Shown here piece by piece: positions 1-15,173 of a stretch of 64,000 nucleotides of DNA. The stretch covers positions 3,224,001 to 3,288,000 of the forward strand of contig OX597821.1 in assembly GCA_951406725.2 (NCBI GenBank), written 5' to 3'. Source of the stretch: Octopus vulgaris. Its lineage: Eukaryota. The notes under the pieces were generated by a model. The model saw only the letters and a program-made list of their open reading frames with translations, did no database searches and was not told the DNA's origin. The position numbers and the translations under genes were made by a program. Positions within the stretch are counted from its first letter, which is position 1. Every line of letters starts with the position of its first letter.

Positions 1-559
1 AACCATGATAGAGCAGATTGAGTATGAAATTTATTTAATCATCTACACTCCTGCGCAAATGGGCAAATGTGACAGGTACAAACATATACTCTGTATTACT
101 TTATATTCGCAGGTTTCCAAATCAACGTACTGAAAAAATGATGGACGTCGTTGAATGTAACGGAGAACCTTCTTCCGAGTGGATTTCAGTTAAATTTACA
201 TTTAAATACATCTTCAACTGATACTAATGTAATTCGCATCACATTTCTGGAATAAAATACCTAGTGACAGCTATGTCATCAGTTGGGTTGGCGTGTTTCG
301 GATATGATTGCAGGAGAGAAAGGGGGAAACTTTTTTACTCCATCCTAACCTTCACTGAATCATCAACCACAAAACACATTCATTATGAAAACGGTGTTCT
401 GCCATCCAGTAATTTTGTTGAGTAGAATGTAAGAAAGGTGAGAAGAGTCTGAAGATGCCAGGGTACGCTAACAATACAGTCGTACCTCATGGTAAGATTC
501 AAGTTTTAATGTCATGTCATTGCCATGGATACGTATTTTTGTTCCTTGTTCTTATTGAG

Positions 560-1810
560 TCAAAATGACGCAAAGAATCTTAGACAGCATCTTCACGAAC
601 CAAACTGCTCGCCGCCTTATGTTCTGGCAGTAAAACTGATTTCAAATTTTAGCACAAGTTCAGGGGTGGCAATGAGTCCATTATATCGACCCCAATGTTC
701 AGCTGGTACTTATTTTATCGAACTTTATTTAACATAGCTTCTGTTATCATTTTCCATTTCTTTCTTTTTGCCGAAATAAAGACTGTATGTGCTCTTTGCT
801 TTCATGTTTCTCACCTGTTCTGTTGTAACCGTACCAAGACGCAGGCAAATAAAGTAATTATAAATATAATAATTTCCAATATAATTAGCCAAACCACTGC
901 CAATATGATCATCTTAATGAAGGCCATGATGGCTACGATAATGATGCTGAGTCAGTATTGAAGATGATGAAGTGGAGGCGTTTGAGGTTTTGAAGTTGAT
1001 GTTGATCGCAATTATACACATCATCATTAACATAATTTGATTAGGATGAATAAAAGTAGAAGCGTCAGCTGCAGAAGCTCACAGCTGTTCTGGCAATAAT
1101 ATTGACCCCCAGCGCTCAACTGATAATTATGTTATCGAACCCGAAATGATGAAGATATAAGTCAACCTCGGTAGAATTCCAGTTCAGAACGTGATGACGG
1201 AAAAAGATGACGCAAAGAAGTTTGTACGGCATGCTGACGATCGAACCTGCTCGCTGTCTTATGTTCTGGTAGTAAAATTGATTTCAAAGTTTGTTTCAAA
1301 GGTAGGTTGGAGATGAGTCCATTATATCGACACAAATGTTCAACTGGTGCTTATTTTATCGAGACCGAAATGATGAATTGTAAAGTCAATTCCGGTGGCA
1401 TTTGAACCTAGAATGTAAAGTCGGAAGAAATACTACTAAAGTTTTTTTCCCGGTGCGGTAACGATACTGCCAGATCACCGCTTTATGTCCTGATAGTAAT
1501 ATTTGTTTTAGATTTTGGCACTAGGCCAGCAAATTTTGGTGGAGTGCTAAAGTCGATTAAACCAGCCCCGGTGCTCCACTGGAATTTATTTTATCGACCT
1601 CAAAATTTAAAAAAATGGAGGCAAGGCATAGTTAAATTCCCAAAACTAAATGGATTAAAGGCAAGGTAGAATTTCAACGTAAACCGTCAAGACAGAGGAA
1701 ATACCGCTAAGCATTTTGTCAGGGGCGCCAACAATTCTTCCAGCACGCTACCCTTACGTTCTGAGTTCAAATTTCGCCGAGGTCGAATTTGCTTTTTATC
1801 CTTTCGGGAC
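560..1810 (-). mobile_element. Head-to-tail array of about 4 degenerate copies of SINE family A, plus a short + strand piece at 1755-1810
   Basis: Recurring blocks 'ctggtacttattttatcga', 'aagtcaacctcgg' and 'gctcgccgccttatgttctgg' at roughly 200-260 bp spacing; these match the cleaner copy at 15637-15866. Confidence 0.75.
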
Positions 1811-1867
1811 CGAGAAATACGTTCGAAATGCTTGACCATGTGTCAAAATTGGAAACATCTATATCAA

Positions 1868-2154
1868 TAGACAGACCAGGCTATCAGATGTTGCTACACA
1901 TCGCTGGTCACAAAGCGCTTCACATTGTTTTAGCCTTCAAATGACGCCACCCCGCTGGCTAAGCGAGCTGGCCAACAGAAGAAAGAGTGAGAGAAAGTCG
2001 TGCCGAAAGAGTATAGCAGGGATCGCCACAACCCCCTGCCTGAGTCTCGTGGATCTTAGCGGTTTTCGTTCAATAAACTCTCGGTCTGGGAATCAAAACC
2101 GCGACCCTACGAACGCGAGTCCGCTGCCCTAGCCACTGGGCCATAGCGCCTCCA
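1868..2154 (-). mobile_element. tRNA-derived SINE, family D
   Basis: Minus strand begins 'ggaggcgctatggcccagtggctagggcagcggac...ggttttgattccc' (A- and B-box-like); a closely similar second copy lies at 26020-26316. Confidence 0.85.
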
Positions 2155-2225
2155 ACAATAGTAATATTCATAAGAATATCAGTATTAGTATTATTATTAC
2201 TAGTACATGATACAGTTGCAATATC

Positions 2226-2714
2226 TTGAATAATAATAATAGTAATAGTAGTAGTAGTAGAAGTAGTAGAAGTGGTGGTAGTAGTAATAGAAGTAGTAGT
2301 AGTAGTAGTAGTAGTTGTTGTTGTTGTTGTATTAGTAATAGTAGTAGTAGTAGTAGTAGTTGTTGTTGCTTTTGTCGTTGTTGTTGCTTAGTTAAATATT
2401 CATATAACTGTGTACTAAATCTTAAGTTTAAATGTTCTCATGCATTAGATATTTCGTTGGAACCTTAAATTGTTTATTACATTAAATTTTAATAGGTGTC
2501 GAACACTATTATTACAACAACAACTACAACAGCAACAATCACATTCATGATGATGATGATGATGAAGCTGATAAGATGTAATAATACTCATGAGGAGAAA
2601 TATAACAGTAATAGGTATATTATTGATTATAATAAAAATATAATAATGGCAAAAATAATAATAAAAAAAATAATACTAGTAATAATAATAATAGTAATAA
2701 TAATAATAACAGTA

Positions 2715-2775
<61 letters not shown>

Positions 2776-2825
2776 GTAATAATAATAATAATAACAATAA
2801 TAATAATAATAATAAATAATAATAA

Positions 2826-2901
<76 letters not shown>

Positions 2902-2961
2902 GTAATAATAATAGTAAAAATAATAATAGTAATAACAATAATAGTGATAATAATAATAATA

Positions 2962-3002
<41 letters not shown>

Positions 3003-3093
3003 TATAATAGTAGTAATAATAATAATAGTAACGATAAAAATAATAATAGTAGTAATAATAATAATAGTAGTAGTAATAATAATAATAATATTA

Positions 3094-3150
<57 letters not shown>

Positions 3151-3180
3151 GTGATGGTGATGATGGTGATGATGATGATG

Positions 3181-3240
<60 letters not shown>

Positions 3241-3266
3241 TTAATAATAATGATAATAATAATAAT
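2226..3266. repeat. Compound trinucleotide microsatellite block (TAA/TAG/TGA/TTG)n
   Basis: Directly visible long pure and compound runs. Confidence 0.98.
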
Positions 3267-3583
3267 AGATTTTTCATTTTCGATATTAATGTCATCAATT
3301 TTGGTTTCGCTTATATCGCTGATATTCTTGGTATATACATTGTTGTTATCACCGGCAAACCAGCAGAACATAAAATGAACTAAATGAAATAAATAAGAAA
3401 TATTCAGTACTACAGAAATAATCAAAATGTCTGAGGAAAAACATATATTTAGATTCTTAAGAAAAATATCGTTTATAATTGTGCAAATTTCAAAAGCATC
3501 ACGGTGTGTCAAAGAGATCACATGTCATTCGACGGCATCATTTATGAATACAATCCATTGATATTTGATTGCCAATAGGATAC

Positions 3584-4785
<1,202 letters not shown>

Positions 4786-5052
4786 GTTGATATTATTTTC
4801 ATTATTCTTATTATCGTTATCGTGTTGTTTATGCTTATGAAAACGTTAGCAGAAATGAAGTACAACTATGATGCAATCAAAATATCGTCATCACAAGGAT
4901 TATGATGATGAGATGAGCTGTATGATGATGGCGTTAAGGACACTTATGACCATCTTCATGATGATAGTTATACTAAAAAGAACTCTATGAGTCCTGAATT
5001 ATAATGCCATCCATCACATATTATCATAATCTTTTTGATATTTACGTTGGTA

Positions 5053-5549
5053 CCAGCAAAACGCCCCCGTCCAATCGACGGTGCTGAATTGTCGAACATT
5101 TAAACCAAATTTCCTCAAAACAACTTGTCCGACCGTCCCATACGCCTCCTCTTTGAGAAACACAGATTTAACCTAAATTTGAAACACCAGGAAAAGGAGA
5201 CGTAAAGGTAGATTTTTTTTCTATTCCAAAGTAACATGATTTTATTCACACAACTATGCAACCGAAGAGTTTAAAGTACCAGTAATGATAAGGCTGTGGA
5301 CTGGGAGAAGACAAACCTGATTTAAACAGTAAGCTGGCAGGAAAGAAACGTGCCTTTAAGCAGTACAAAAACAGCAGTTATGTACAGCATGACGGAAGAA
5401 AAGCAGGGCAAAAACAGCTTTATTGATCCCATTCTCACCTGGAATCGAATTTTGTAATTTTTGCAAGACTTATACATGACCTGATACCGTCGGTATCTAC
5501 ATATCAAATCTGAGCGCAATCGGATGGAGGATGCCCGAGATCCTAGACG

Positions 5550-5583
<34 letters not shown>

Positions 5584-5623
5584 ACACGCACACAGATAGA
5601 CAGAACGGATTTTATATAATAGA
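5053..5623 (-). mobile_element. Non-autonomous Helitron-like element
   Basis: Minus strand starts TC-TATTATATAAAA followed by (TG)n and ends with hairpin ccgtc-N5-gacgg (5067-5081) and CTGG (CTRR); it sits between A and T with no TSD. Confidence 0.7.
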
Positions 5624-6099
5624 TTTTGCATTTTATTTATTGCGTTTTGCGTCCATCCTTTTTTTAATCCATCTCTAATATTTTTTTGTTGTCTTCCATT
5701 CTATCTATTGACTGCCATTCCATTTATTGGCTTCCGTTCTTTGCACTATCCCTAATATCATTAATCCCAGTGTACTAATAAAAGTCATGAATAATATTAA
5801 CACGAAATTATGAAATACGTCGATGGCAACAGCAACATTTTCTGATTTAAAAACAAGGTCAAATATTGTAGATTGTATGTTGGTTGTTGATACCCTCAGT
5901 GGCAGTATTTCAGTGGTACCATATTTTACATGTCTCAGAAGGATGGATTTCATTGCTAATATCGCTGGATTTGAACTCAGAACGTAATCTGCCTGAATTA
6001 CTGAAAGGAATATTTACCGATGCACTAAGATTGGTTAGAATGATGATGGCAGTTAATATCCAAATGAAGCTAGGGACAAAATAGATGATGGTTACAAAC

Positions 6100-6239
6100 A
6101 GGTGTAGGAGTGGCTGTATGGTAAGTATCTTGCTTACGAACCACAAGGTGCCGGGTTCAGGCCCACTGCTACTATAGCCTCGAGCCGACGAAAGCCTTGT
6201 GATTGGATTTGGTAGACTGAAACTGAAAGAAGCCCGTCG

Positions 6240-6287
<48 letters not shown>

Positions 6288-6288
6288 T

Positions 6289-6359
<71 letters not shown>

Positions 6360-6505
6360 ACAACTGATTCTGGTGTGTTTACGTCCCCGTAACTTAGCGG
6401 TTCGGCAAAAGAGACCGATAGAATAAGTCCTGGTGTCGAATTGCTCGACTAAATGCAGTGTTCCAGCATGGCCACAGTCAAATGACTGAAACAATTAAAA
6501 GAGTA
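6100..6505 (+). mobile_element. tRNA-derived SINE, family B, with an internal (TA)n(TG)n tract
   Basis: Head 'ggtgtaggagtggctgtatggtaag...ccgggttcaggccc', body 'gatttggtagac..aaactgaaagaagcccgtcg', tail 'ccagcatggccacagtcaaatgactgaaac'; several copies in the window. Confidence 0.9.
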
Positions 6506-8518
6506 AAATAGTGCGTATGTGTGTGTATGATACTATCCATGACAATTTTTCTTATGTAAAATAATCATGTCTTCCTATACTCGCGCCACAATCTTAATAT
6601 ATCAACCATTCTATTTTATTACTACGCTAATGAAATATTATAACTGCTAGACATAGCTTTAAAATCTAGGAGAAAGTTTTATTTACAGTAAATATATACT
6701 ATATAATATTTTCAGGCTTCTATTTCTTGTATAATAAATGAGATATGAAACTTCGTTATATTTATCTCTGTTTAACCTCCACTCAGCTCTGAATGAGCAG
6801 ATCTATGATGAAACAGCTCGACTGTTTACGCTCTCCCTCTGGTATTAGACTGTCATACATCATATTGTCCAATAGGCCTTATTATTTTTTTTATCTCTAA
6901 GGGGGTTGGGCAAGATCTGTCAGAGATTTCTTTCCTATTAGTAGCTGAAGTCTTGGCATAGTAGTTATTCTCCTTATAATTCTTGAAGATAATTTTTTAA
7001 CGAATCGATTATTTTTCCCAGTTATCACTGAATTTTTATTATTCAAAATACAGAACCATTTATCTTTTAACAGTCTCATTTCATGTTTGAAACTTTTACA
7101 TCAGTTTCTAGCCAACTCATATTTGTTCACTACCACATTTCCAGGAATCTAAAAGCTAATTTTTACAACTCTTATTCTATTCCCTAATGACTACGTTATA
7201 TGTAACTACATCGTATTGGAATATCTTGCATTGCATTTAAGTCTATAGACATTTGTTGTCGATCTCAGAAGTTTGTTCTGTAATATCCATATTATATCTT
7301 GATTTTAGATACATCACAAAATGACAAAGCAAAAAGCGCCGTATCATATGATTTCCTTGGCTATTCCAGATCTATGTCTCATTTTAAATTTCAAAATACA
7401 TTTTTATTGAATATTCATCAATTTTATTGGTCAGAAATCGGTTGTGAACTTCGCACTTTCTAAAATACTCCACAAACTTTGCTCTATTATATGCTGTTAT
7501 TTTTAACACAACAAATGTGAACTCTCGTTTCGTACACTACAGGTCTCCTAACAACACACTCGTCTCATTTGTTTCTTTTAGTCAACCACCCATAGTCCAC
7601 ATCCAGTTCTCACCTTAACTACTTTCGTAACACTTTTCCACCACCAAAATTTACGACCTCAACTTTCCTCCTTGTTTATGTTTCACTGTAGCAGCTAAGA
7701 TTCAGCAAGGGATGACCAACAATTATCGCTATTTTCTCAACCTAGTAGTAAATTTCTGTTTGTTTTTTTTTCTTACGTACTTTCCTAATAACTCCTTTCT
7801 GTACGTTTGAACAAGTAAAGGTGACTTCGGCTGTGTTATACATGACGGTGTGTTATAAACCTGTTAATATATATATATTGCCCTCATTCTTACTTCCATT
7901 TATAGTTAGATATAGATACCTGCCAGTACAAAACAATATTATATCAAACTAAAAGCAGGTAGAAAACTAGAAAACAAAAAGAGCTGTATTGTACGATTTT
8001 CTTAGATATCCGAAGGGTTATTTCAGAGCTATGTTTCGTCTTTAAGTGCAGAATATGATTTGTGGCCCTGTTACATATTGCACGCTTGCTGCGCTGTATT
8101 ATAACATTTGTGAGTTTATTTGTTTTGTGGGGCATATGTATGTTTTGTATTCCGTAACTAAGTTATCTATAACTTCTATATGCATTGTATTATTTTATTG
8201 CAGTATCACCATTGAGTTAATAAATCTCTGTTGTTGTACATTTGGAATTGAAGGCGCCTTGCTTGAAATATTGACCGTATCTAGCAGCACGTTATATTTT
8301 AGGATGTGTGAAGCTCTTTACATTATATTTTAAACTTTGTTTGCCATTACCAGTACACAAGGTATATTGAGTGTCATCTTCATTCCCATACATATCGTTT
8401 ATCTCCATGATAAAAATTATTTTTTCGATGCTATAAGCAACGTCATCAAAATTGTTATCCTCATCACCATCAACAACAACAGAGTTACCATCATCATCAT
8501 CATCATCATCATTATTGA

Positions 8519-8775
8519 GTGAGAAATCAATGCATGCCATCAAAGTAACACAGAGGTAAAATATATCCATCATGTCCACAATATATCATGACTAAAATAT
8601 ATCTAGAATATCCATCATGAATACCCGTCCGATAACGATAGACGAGGCGCATGCATCACAGCTATACATGCGTGACATGGTGATCTCATATCAAGATAAA
8701 TAGCGAATGAGCTTGCCGGTGGGGCCCAGTTACAATTATCTTCCAGTAGAGTAGCCCATCCCATTCGAAAGGTAC
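8519..8775 (+). mobile_element. Unclassified interspersed repeat, family C, adjacent to trinucleotide microsatellites
   Basis: 'atgcatgccatcaaagt...catcatga.tacccgtc.gataa...gacatggtgatctcatatcaagataaa' also occurs at 12955-13295 (-) and 39417-39945 (+). Confidence 0.7.
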
Positions 8776-8942
8776 TCATCTTGTCAACACAATGTTTCTG
8801 TTGATATACTCTCCAGCCTCCATCAGGTATCTTGGAGAAATTTCGAACCTGGCTTCTCATTCCTAATGTATATAGCGAAGTGGTTAAGAGCACGGGCTAC
8901 TAACCCCAAGATTCACAGTTGGATTGCAGGCAATGACCTGGA
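8776..8942. mobile_element. Decayed copy of the tRNA-head/hammerhead element: inverted HHR segment (-) joined to a tRNA-like head (+)
   Basis: 8786-8831 (-) reads gatac CTGATGG a GGCTG..CAACA GAAA CATT gtgtt; 8869-8942 (+) 'tagcgaagtggttaagagcacgggctactaacc...gacctg' matches the head at 45660-45740. Confidence 0.75.
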
Positions 8943-9026
8943 TAATAATAGTAATAATAATAATAATGATAATAATAATGATAATAATGATAGTAATAAT
9001 AACTAATAATAATAATAATAATAATA

Positions 9027-9118
<92 letters not shown>

Positions 9119-9119
<1 letters not shown>

Positions 9120-10501
9120 GGCGTAGGAGTGGCTGTGTGGTAAATAGCCTGCTTACGAACCACATGGTTCCGGGTTCAAATCCACTGCGTGGCACCTTGG
9201 GCAGGTGGCTTCTACTATAGTCTCGAGCCGAGCAAAGTCTTGTGAGTTGATTTGGTAGATTTGGTAGACGGACACTGAAAGTATCTCGTCGCGTATATGA
9301 ATATATTGTTACGAAGGTGGGGAGCATCCGAAAACCGTTACGGAAATCCTCACACACAGGCCCGATTCGATCAGCGAATAAGCTACGGAAACTCGGAGAG
9401 AGAGGAGAGGAGAGACGCAACAACAGCAAGGCAACAGAGACACAGAGAGGCAACCGGAGAGAGACACCAAAAGAGGCAAAACGGCAACAACTGGCAACAC
9501 TGGCTTATATTCAAACAACAGTTTATACGACAATCAATTGCTACACATCAAATACATTTAAGGCAGACATTTATAGGAAGACATGCACGTGACTACTCAA
9601 TACATCATACAACAGATCAAACATTTAACAACAGCATTTCAAGATTACAATTCAAAGTTCAACAGTTCTTTAAAGTCTCTTTCTAAACATCACAATTAAC
9701 AAGTCCTTTACTCTTCTTCTTCACAATGTCCTTTATCGACCACATCAACAGAGTCCTTGACCGTTCTCTTTCTTTTCTTTTACAGTCTCTTTACCTCGTG
9801 ACACATATCAATGCACAAACACATACCTCAATTCCTACTTGAATCTTCCAGTGTCCCATTCCTCTCAATACTGCTAATTCCTCTGAATACTGCTAATTCC
9901 TCTGAATACTGCTAATTCCCTTCTGTGCCGCCAAGCTTTCTCGCATCCAACTTGCTCCTAAGAATTCCAACGCTTGCTCCTTAAATCCAAGGTCCGTCTG
10001 TCTTCTTCGAGGACCGGCCAGCGACTCCAAGATCCGTCTGTGTTCCTCGACGACCGCTCAACGACTGCCAAGACCTCACTTCGTCTGTGTCCTTCTTCCA
10101 CTCCCTCATCTCCCTCTGTACCGCTCACACCCTCTCTAACTGCCCTGGTCCCTATACCCTATCTATATCGCCTGCTGTCTCTTAGCCTTTCTATTTGCTA
10201 TCTGATTCCTTACTCTATCTATATCGCCTGCTGTCTCTTAGCCTCTCCATCCGTCCCCTACTGCTTATACTCTATCTCTATTTGCTCTCAGCCCTTAATC
10301 TGTCCCTTACTGCTTTCACATTCTCACTGACCCTCTTATCAACCACACGAGGTCACAGGTCATTCCAAAACCCATCAGTCCTCCATTAGACAAAGAACCC
10401 GTCACAGTTCACTAGACATCATGGTGCCATTATTCCTATGTGGATCACCAGAAATGCACCTAGCCAACCGTAACAATATATATATATATATATATATATA
10501 G

Positions 10502-10553
<52 letters not shown>

Positions 10554-10735
10554 TTGTGTGTCTGCGTTTGTCTACCAACATCGCTTAACAACACGTATCT
10601 TAGCGGTTCGGCAAAAGAGACCGTTAGAATAAGTACTAGACTTCCAAAGAATAAGTCCTGGGGTCGATTTGCTCGACTAAATGCAGTGCTCCAATATGGC
10701 CAAAGTCAAATTACCGAAATAAGTAAAAGAGTAAG
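9119..10735 (+). mobile_element. SINE family B copy split by an LTR insertion (5' part 9119-9306, 3' part 10476-10735)
   Basis: Both halves are collinear with the copy at 6100-6505; the break lies in the internal (TA)n. Confidence 0.85.
9307..10475. mobile_element. Solo LTR of an LTR retrotransposon (about 1.17 kb)
   Basis: Ends TGTTACG...CGTAACA (TG..CA with 7-bp inverted termini) flanked by ATAT on both sides; higher GC than surroundings; internal short tandem repeats at 9868-9919 and 10159-10244; no credible ORF. Confidence 0.75.
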
Positions 10736-11509
10736 AGATAATATAATAATAAAAACAAGAACAACAACAAATTTGATGCATGAAATTAGACCATAATGAA
10801 GGAAAATATATACCACATAAATAAACCATGAAAGGAGGCATGGAAATACACATAAGACAACAAATGGTCAGGATTTTAGCAGCATAACCCTTTAAAATAA
10901 GGTAAACCGATTAAAAATTCATAGCAATAGAAATTAATCAGTGGCGAATCGACTCTGTCAAAAAAAATGATGCATGAAAAGAAATATAGAGAATGGAATG
11001 TTAAAAAATAAACGAAAGGGGAATGAAATACGCTTATATCTTCAGAAGTGTTTGTTCACACAAATACACACCACCTTTGTACATGTTCCGTTAATTTGCT
11101 TCAGGATTCTCTGCAATCAATTAAAAATTCTCTCTGACCTGGTAGGTTTTTTGAAGGAGAAAACACTACGACCTTCTTCCCATGTGTAGAAGACATGCCT
11201 ATGTGCTTGCATATCTGAAGCTGCAAACATACATACATACGTACATACATATGCGTTTCTATATAAATATATATACAAATATATACATATATTTACGTAC
11301 ATACGTAAATATACGTACATACGTATGCGTTTATATATAAATATACGTACATACGTATGCGTTTATATATAAATATATATACATATATTTACACACACAT
11401 GTATATATACTTCTGTATACGTGTGTACATATACATAAATACATATATTTATAAATACACATACAAGTGTACACGCATATATATTATGCGAATATGTATG
11501 CATATATAA

Positions 11510-11567
<58 letters not shown>

Positions 11568-11675
11568 AAACAAAAAGTGATTACCTAAAATGTAGTCAGT
11601 ATGTAAATATACATATGTATATATATATATAAATATATTTATATATACATATCTATACACACATACATAAATATG

Positions 11676-11718
<43 letters not shown>

Positions 11719-12684
11719 ATATGTATTGATGTATACAGAGAGGGTGATTGAATGAAACAGAGTGGAAAGCATGAGAGGACGATAAAGAAAGAAAAGTGCA
11801 TATTCTAATTCTATTCCCGCTCTATATAAGCTACGCAATCTTTTCAACACTCTGATTGCTAATTGAATTCTATGGGAGCATTGCAAGTGCCATGGTGCAG
11901 GCTTTCTGTTAAAAACATTAAGATAAGCTATACATTGAAGCGGAAAAAAGAATGAAAACACAAGAAAATAAGAAGAAAAAACGTTACCACCGCCAGAACC
12001 ACTGCTTCCCCCACTAATACCTAAATGATGATGTTGAAGATAATAATAACAACAGCAGCAACATCAACCACCACCACCATCACCACCAACACCAACACCA
12101 CCACCAACACCAACACCACCACCACCACCAACAACAACAACAATAATAATAATAATAATGATAATAAAAATAATAAACTGACAAAGAATCAATAATTCAT
12201 TAAGCCAGCGTTCGACCTAACAAATCTGCATTGCTGAGAAAACCAGGTGGGAATTCGTAGGCGAGTTCATTGAACGTGTGTATGCTTATACACAGTTGAT
12301 TAACACAATATAATTACTGAAGATTTTTTTTTTTACCGTTTTGCATCTTTTGCATGGAATTTATTTTTTATATGGTATGTTTGTTTACACGTATGAATCT
12401 GTGCTCATTAATATTTGTAGTAATATTATTAATTATTTGTAGTTATGTTTATATGTGCCAAATGGTGTGGAATGGAAGAATTAATATCGCCCCATACCAT
12501 ATGCTAGTCGTTATTATATTCCCTAATGCACATTAAGTTCAAGATTTCTAAGGACTAGCGTGTATTTTAATGCATCATCGCTACACTAATGTAATAAAAG
12601 TGTAAATACCTTTCGGGTGCTGCTTAAGCTCGTCCCACGAATTAGATGCCCAGCTCTATCTCTAGGGATCCTTGACACCTGCAA

Positions 12685-12795
<111 letters not shown>

Positions 12796-12843
12796 AGTAA
12801 TGATCATGATCATGATAATGATAATGATGATAATAATAATAAT

Positions 12844-12877
<34 letters not shown>

Positions 12878-12954
12878 CCAACAACAACAACAACAGCAAC
12901 AACAACAACAACAATATTAATAATAATGATAATAATAATAATAATAATAATAAT

Positions 12955-13295
12955 AATGCTAAATGACCTGATGCAGTACCATGGGTTCTGAAGTTAACTG
13001 ATTGGAAGTGTTATCATGTACATTGCTTTGTCTTGGTATAGAAGATTGTATACAGCAAATATTTTGCTCAATACCACAGATTTGCTTGTCAGTTATTTCA
13101 CCTTAACCAGTTCGGCCCTACCTGCAAGGTCATGCGCTGTTCATCTTGAGATGAGATCACCATGTCGCGCACATGTGGTTGTGATGCATGTGCCTGGTGT
13201 AGCCTTATCAGATGGTAGTCATGGTCGGTATACTGGGCTTTGTATATTTTACACTAGTGTCACTTTGATGGCATGCTCTCTTCTCTTACTCAGTA
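12955..13295 (-). mobile_element. Interspersed repeat family C
   Basis: Reverse-complement similarity to 8519-8775 and 39417-39945. Confidence 0.7.
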
Positions 13296-13359
13296 ATAAT
13301 AGTAATTTTATCTGCCATTTTGAGGAAGTGCGTTTCTTGACTAAATCCACACCAGTATT

Positions 13360-13589
13360 TAACAGTTTCTGGTAATGTGGTTTTACTACATGCTACTAGT
13401 GCCTATTGTAAACAGTTGTTGACGGTTACTCAGCACGGAAATCGAAGCCGGCCCAACGTGGTCAATGACATTCATAATCAGTGTTACGAACACGCACGCA
13501 TTCACACGTTCCGTGCTGACTAACTGTCAACAACCGTTCACAATAGGCACCAGTAGCATGTAGTAAAACCACATTACCACAAACTGTTA
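13360..13589. mobile_element. Fold-back or MITE-like element with about 80-bp inverted arms
   Basis: 13360-13440 'taacagtttctggtaatgtgg...cagcacggaa' pairs with 13509-13589 'ttccgtgctg...ccacattaccacaaactgtta'; 68-bp spacer. Confidence 0.8.
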
Positions 13590-14586
13590 TATGACGGAAC
13601 GCACGCATCCATTTCTAAGTAAGATTGTTCTTGATATTAATAACGATGCGCACTCTTGACCTTTCTGTCCCCTCCCTTTCTCAGCCTTCATTCTTTCTGG
13701 TTTCTTTTTCTTCTACCTTACTGCCTCTCCCTCTCTCTCATTCTTCATTATTTCTGGTTTCCTCACAGCAATTCCCTTTTTTCTCTCTCTTTCTCTTGCT
13801 TCTCCTCCTCCCTCTCGTCGTTGACCCGCGACGAAAGCTCTGCTACTGTCTTTCTGGCCTGACTTCTTTGAAGTGCGAACGGCATTTTCTGTTGTTCCTT
13901 CGCCGTTCTCAAAAATAGCGTTCGTAATATTTTTTCTCGTTCGGCTTATCAGCCCTTCTTGTCTTGTTATTCTCTTTGTCCTGTCTTTTACTGTTTATAT
14001 TTTGTACTGTCGTTACTGTCCTGTTTTTGTTACCATTTTTACCCCTCCGCAAAAAGATCTCAAATTTTATTTAATTTGCTTTTCGCAGGAAGGAAAGTTT
14101 CTATCGAAGATGCATATCCCCTTCACCTTCGAAACGCAGAGTAGATGAAACCATGGCGACTGAAGAAGAGGAATTTTCCTTGTTTTATTTGTTCTGTACT
14201 CTATTTTTTTTTGTTGTTTAAGAAAAATGTCCAGTTCCTTGGTTTCGTGTTTATGTTTTCATTTCTCATTGTGTTGACGTTTTTTTGGTGTCCTGTACCC
14301 ATATATGCGTGTATATATACATGTATAGGTAGGTACGTACATATATGTATGAATATATGCATATGTTTTATTTATTAATTTATATATATATATACATGCG
14401 CACATACGTGTATGCATATCATATCACTGATTCCTTTACCTGCACTTTAGTAACCTCATTTACTGCACCTCTTGCTCTGACTGACCTCCTTTCGTCTCTC
14501 CATTTGACACTTACTTCCTCTTTTCACTCCTACACACCATTTCCATTCATTAATACCCCTCGATCCACCGCCAGCACCACACACCT

Positions 14587-14795
14587 ATTTCTTTACTACC
14601 CACTGAGGGATAAACACAGAGAGGACAAACAAGGACAGACAAACGGATTAAGTCGATTATATCGAACCTTAATTTATCGACCTTATTTTATGGTCCTTAA
14701 TTTATCGACTCCAAAAGTCAAAGTCGACCTCGGCGGAATTTGAACTCAGAACGTATTTCGCCAGGCGTGCTAACGTTTCTGCCAGCTCACCGCCT
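14587..14795 (-). mobile_element. SINE family A, internally deleted
   Basis: Collinear with 15637-15866. Confidence 0.85.
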
Positions 14796-15173
14796 TTCCA
14801 CACACCACTGCCTCAAATCCCAAGTCCACATATCCCAATCCTCATCCCATCCCGCTCTCACATTCCCTCACTCCCACCCCACCATACCACGTTACAACAT
14901 CCCACACCACTCCACATCATCATCCACACAATTACATATTACAGTCGTACACACACACGCAGACATCCACATGGTACGTCACTAGCTTCTATCCACATAT
15001 GCATACGTACACACTCTCGCATACACACACACACGCGCACTATCGTTTTGGGATCACCAGTACTTTATTAACTCACTACTTATCCAACTACCTTTTGCCG
15101 TCTTGTCAAAATTATTGACCGCTAAAACCAGGATTATTTTTTATTCTCTTTCTGTATTTTTTTCCTCGTGATC

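Noticed and set aside
110-175. Peptide 'EKMMDVVECNGE' resembling a mariner C-terminus
   Set aside because: Too short, with no TIR or other motif support.
243-285. Minus-strand CTGATGA...GAAA
   Set aside because: No closing helix II, III or I.
13817-13845. GTCG-N8-CGAC GAAA GC TC, resembling a hammerhead 3' half with palindromic AGCU
   Set aside because: No CUGANGA or helix I partner upstream; could be chance.
14098-14185. CGAAGA...CGAAACGC and a nearby CTGAAGA in a pyrimidine-rich repeat
   Set aside because: Core and helices cannot be assembled into a consistent hammerhead.
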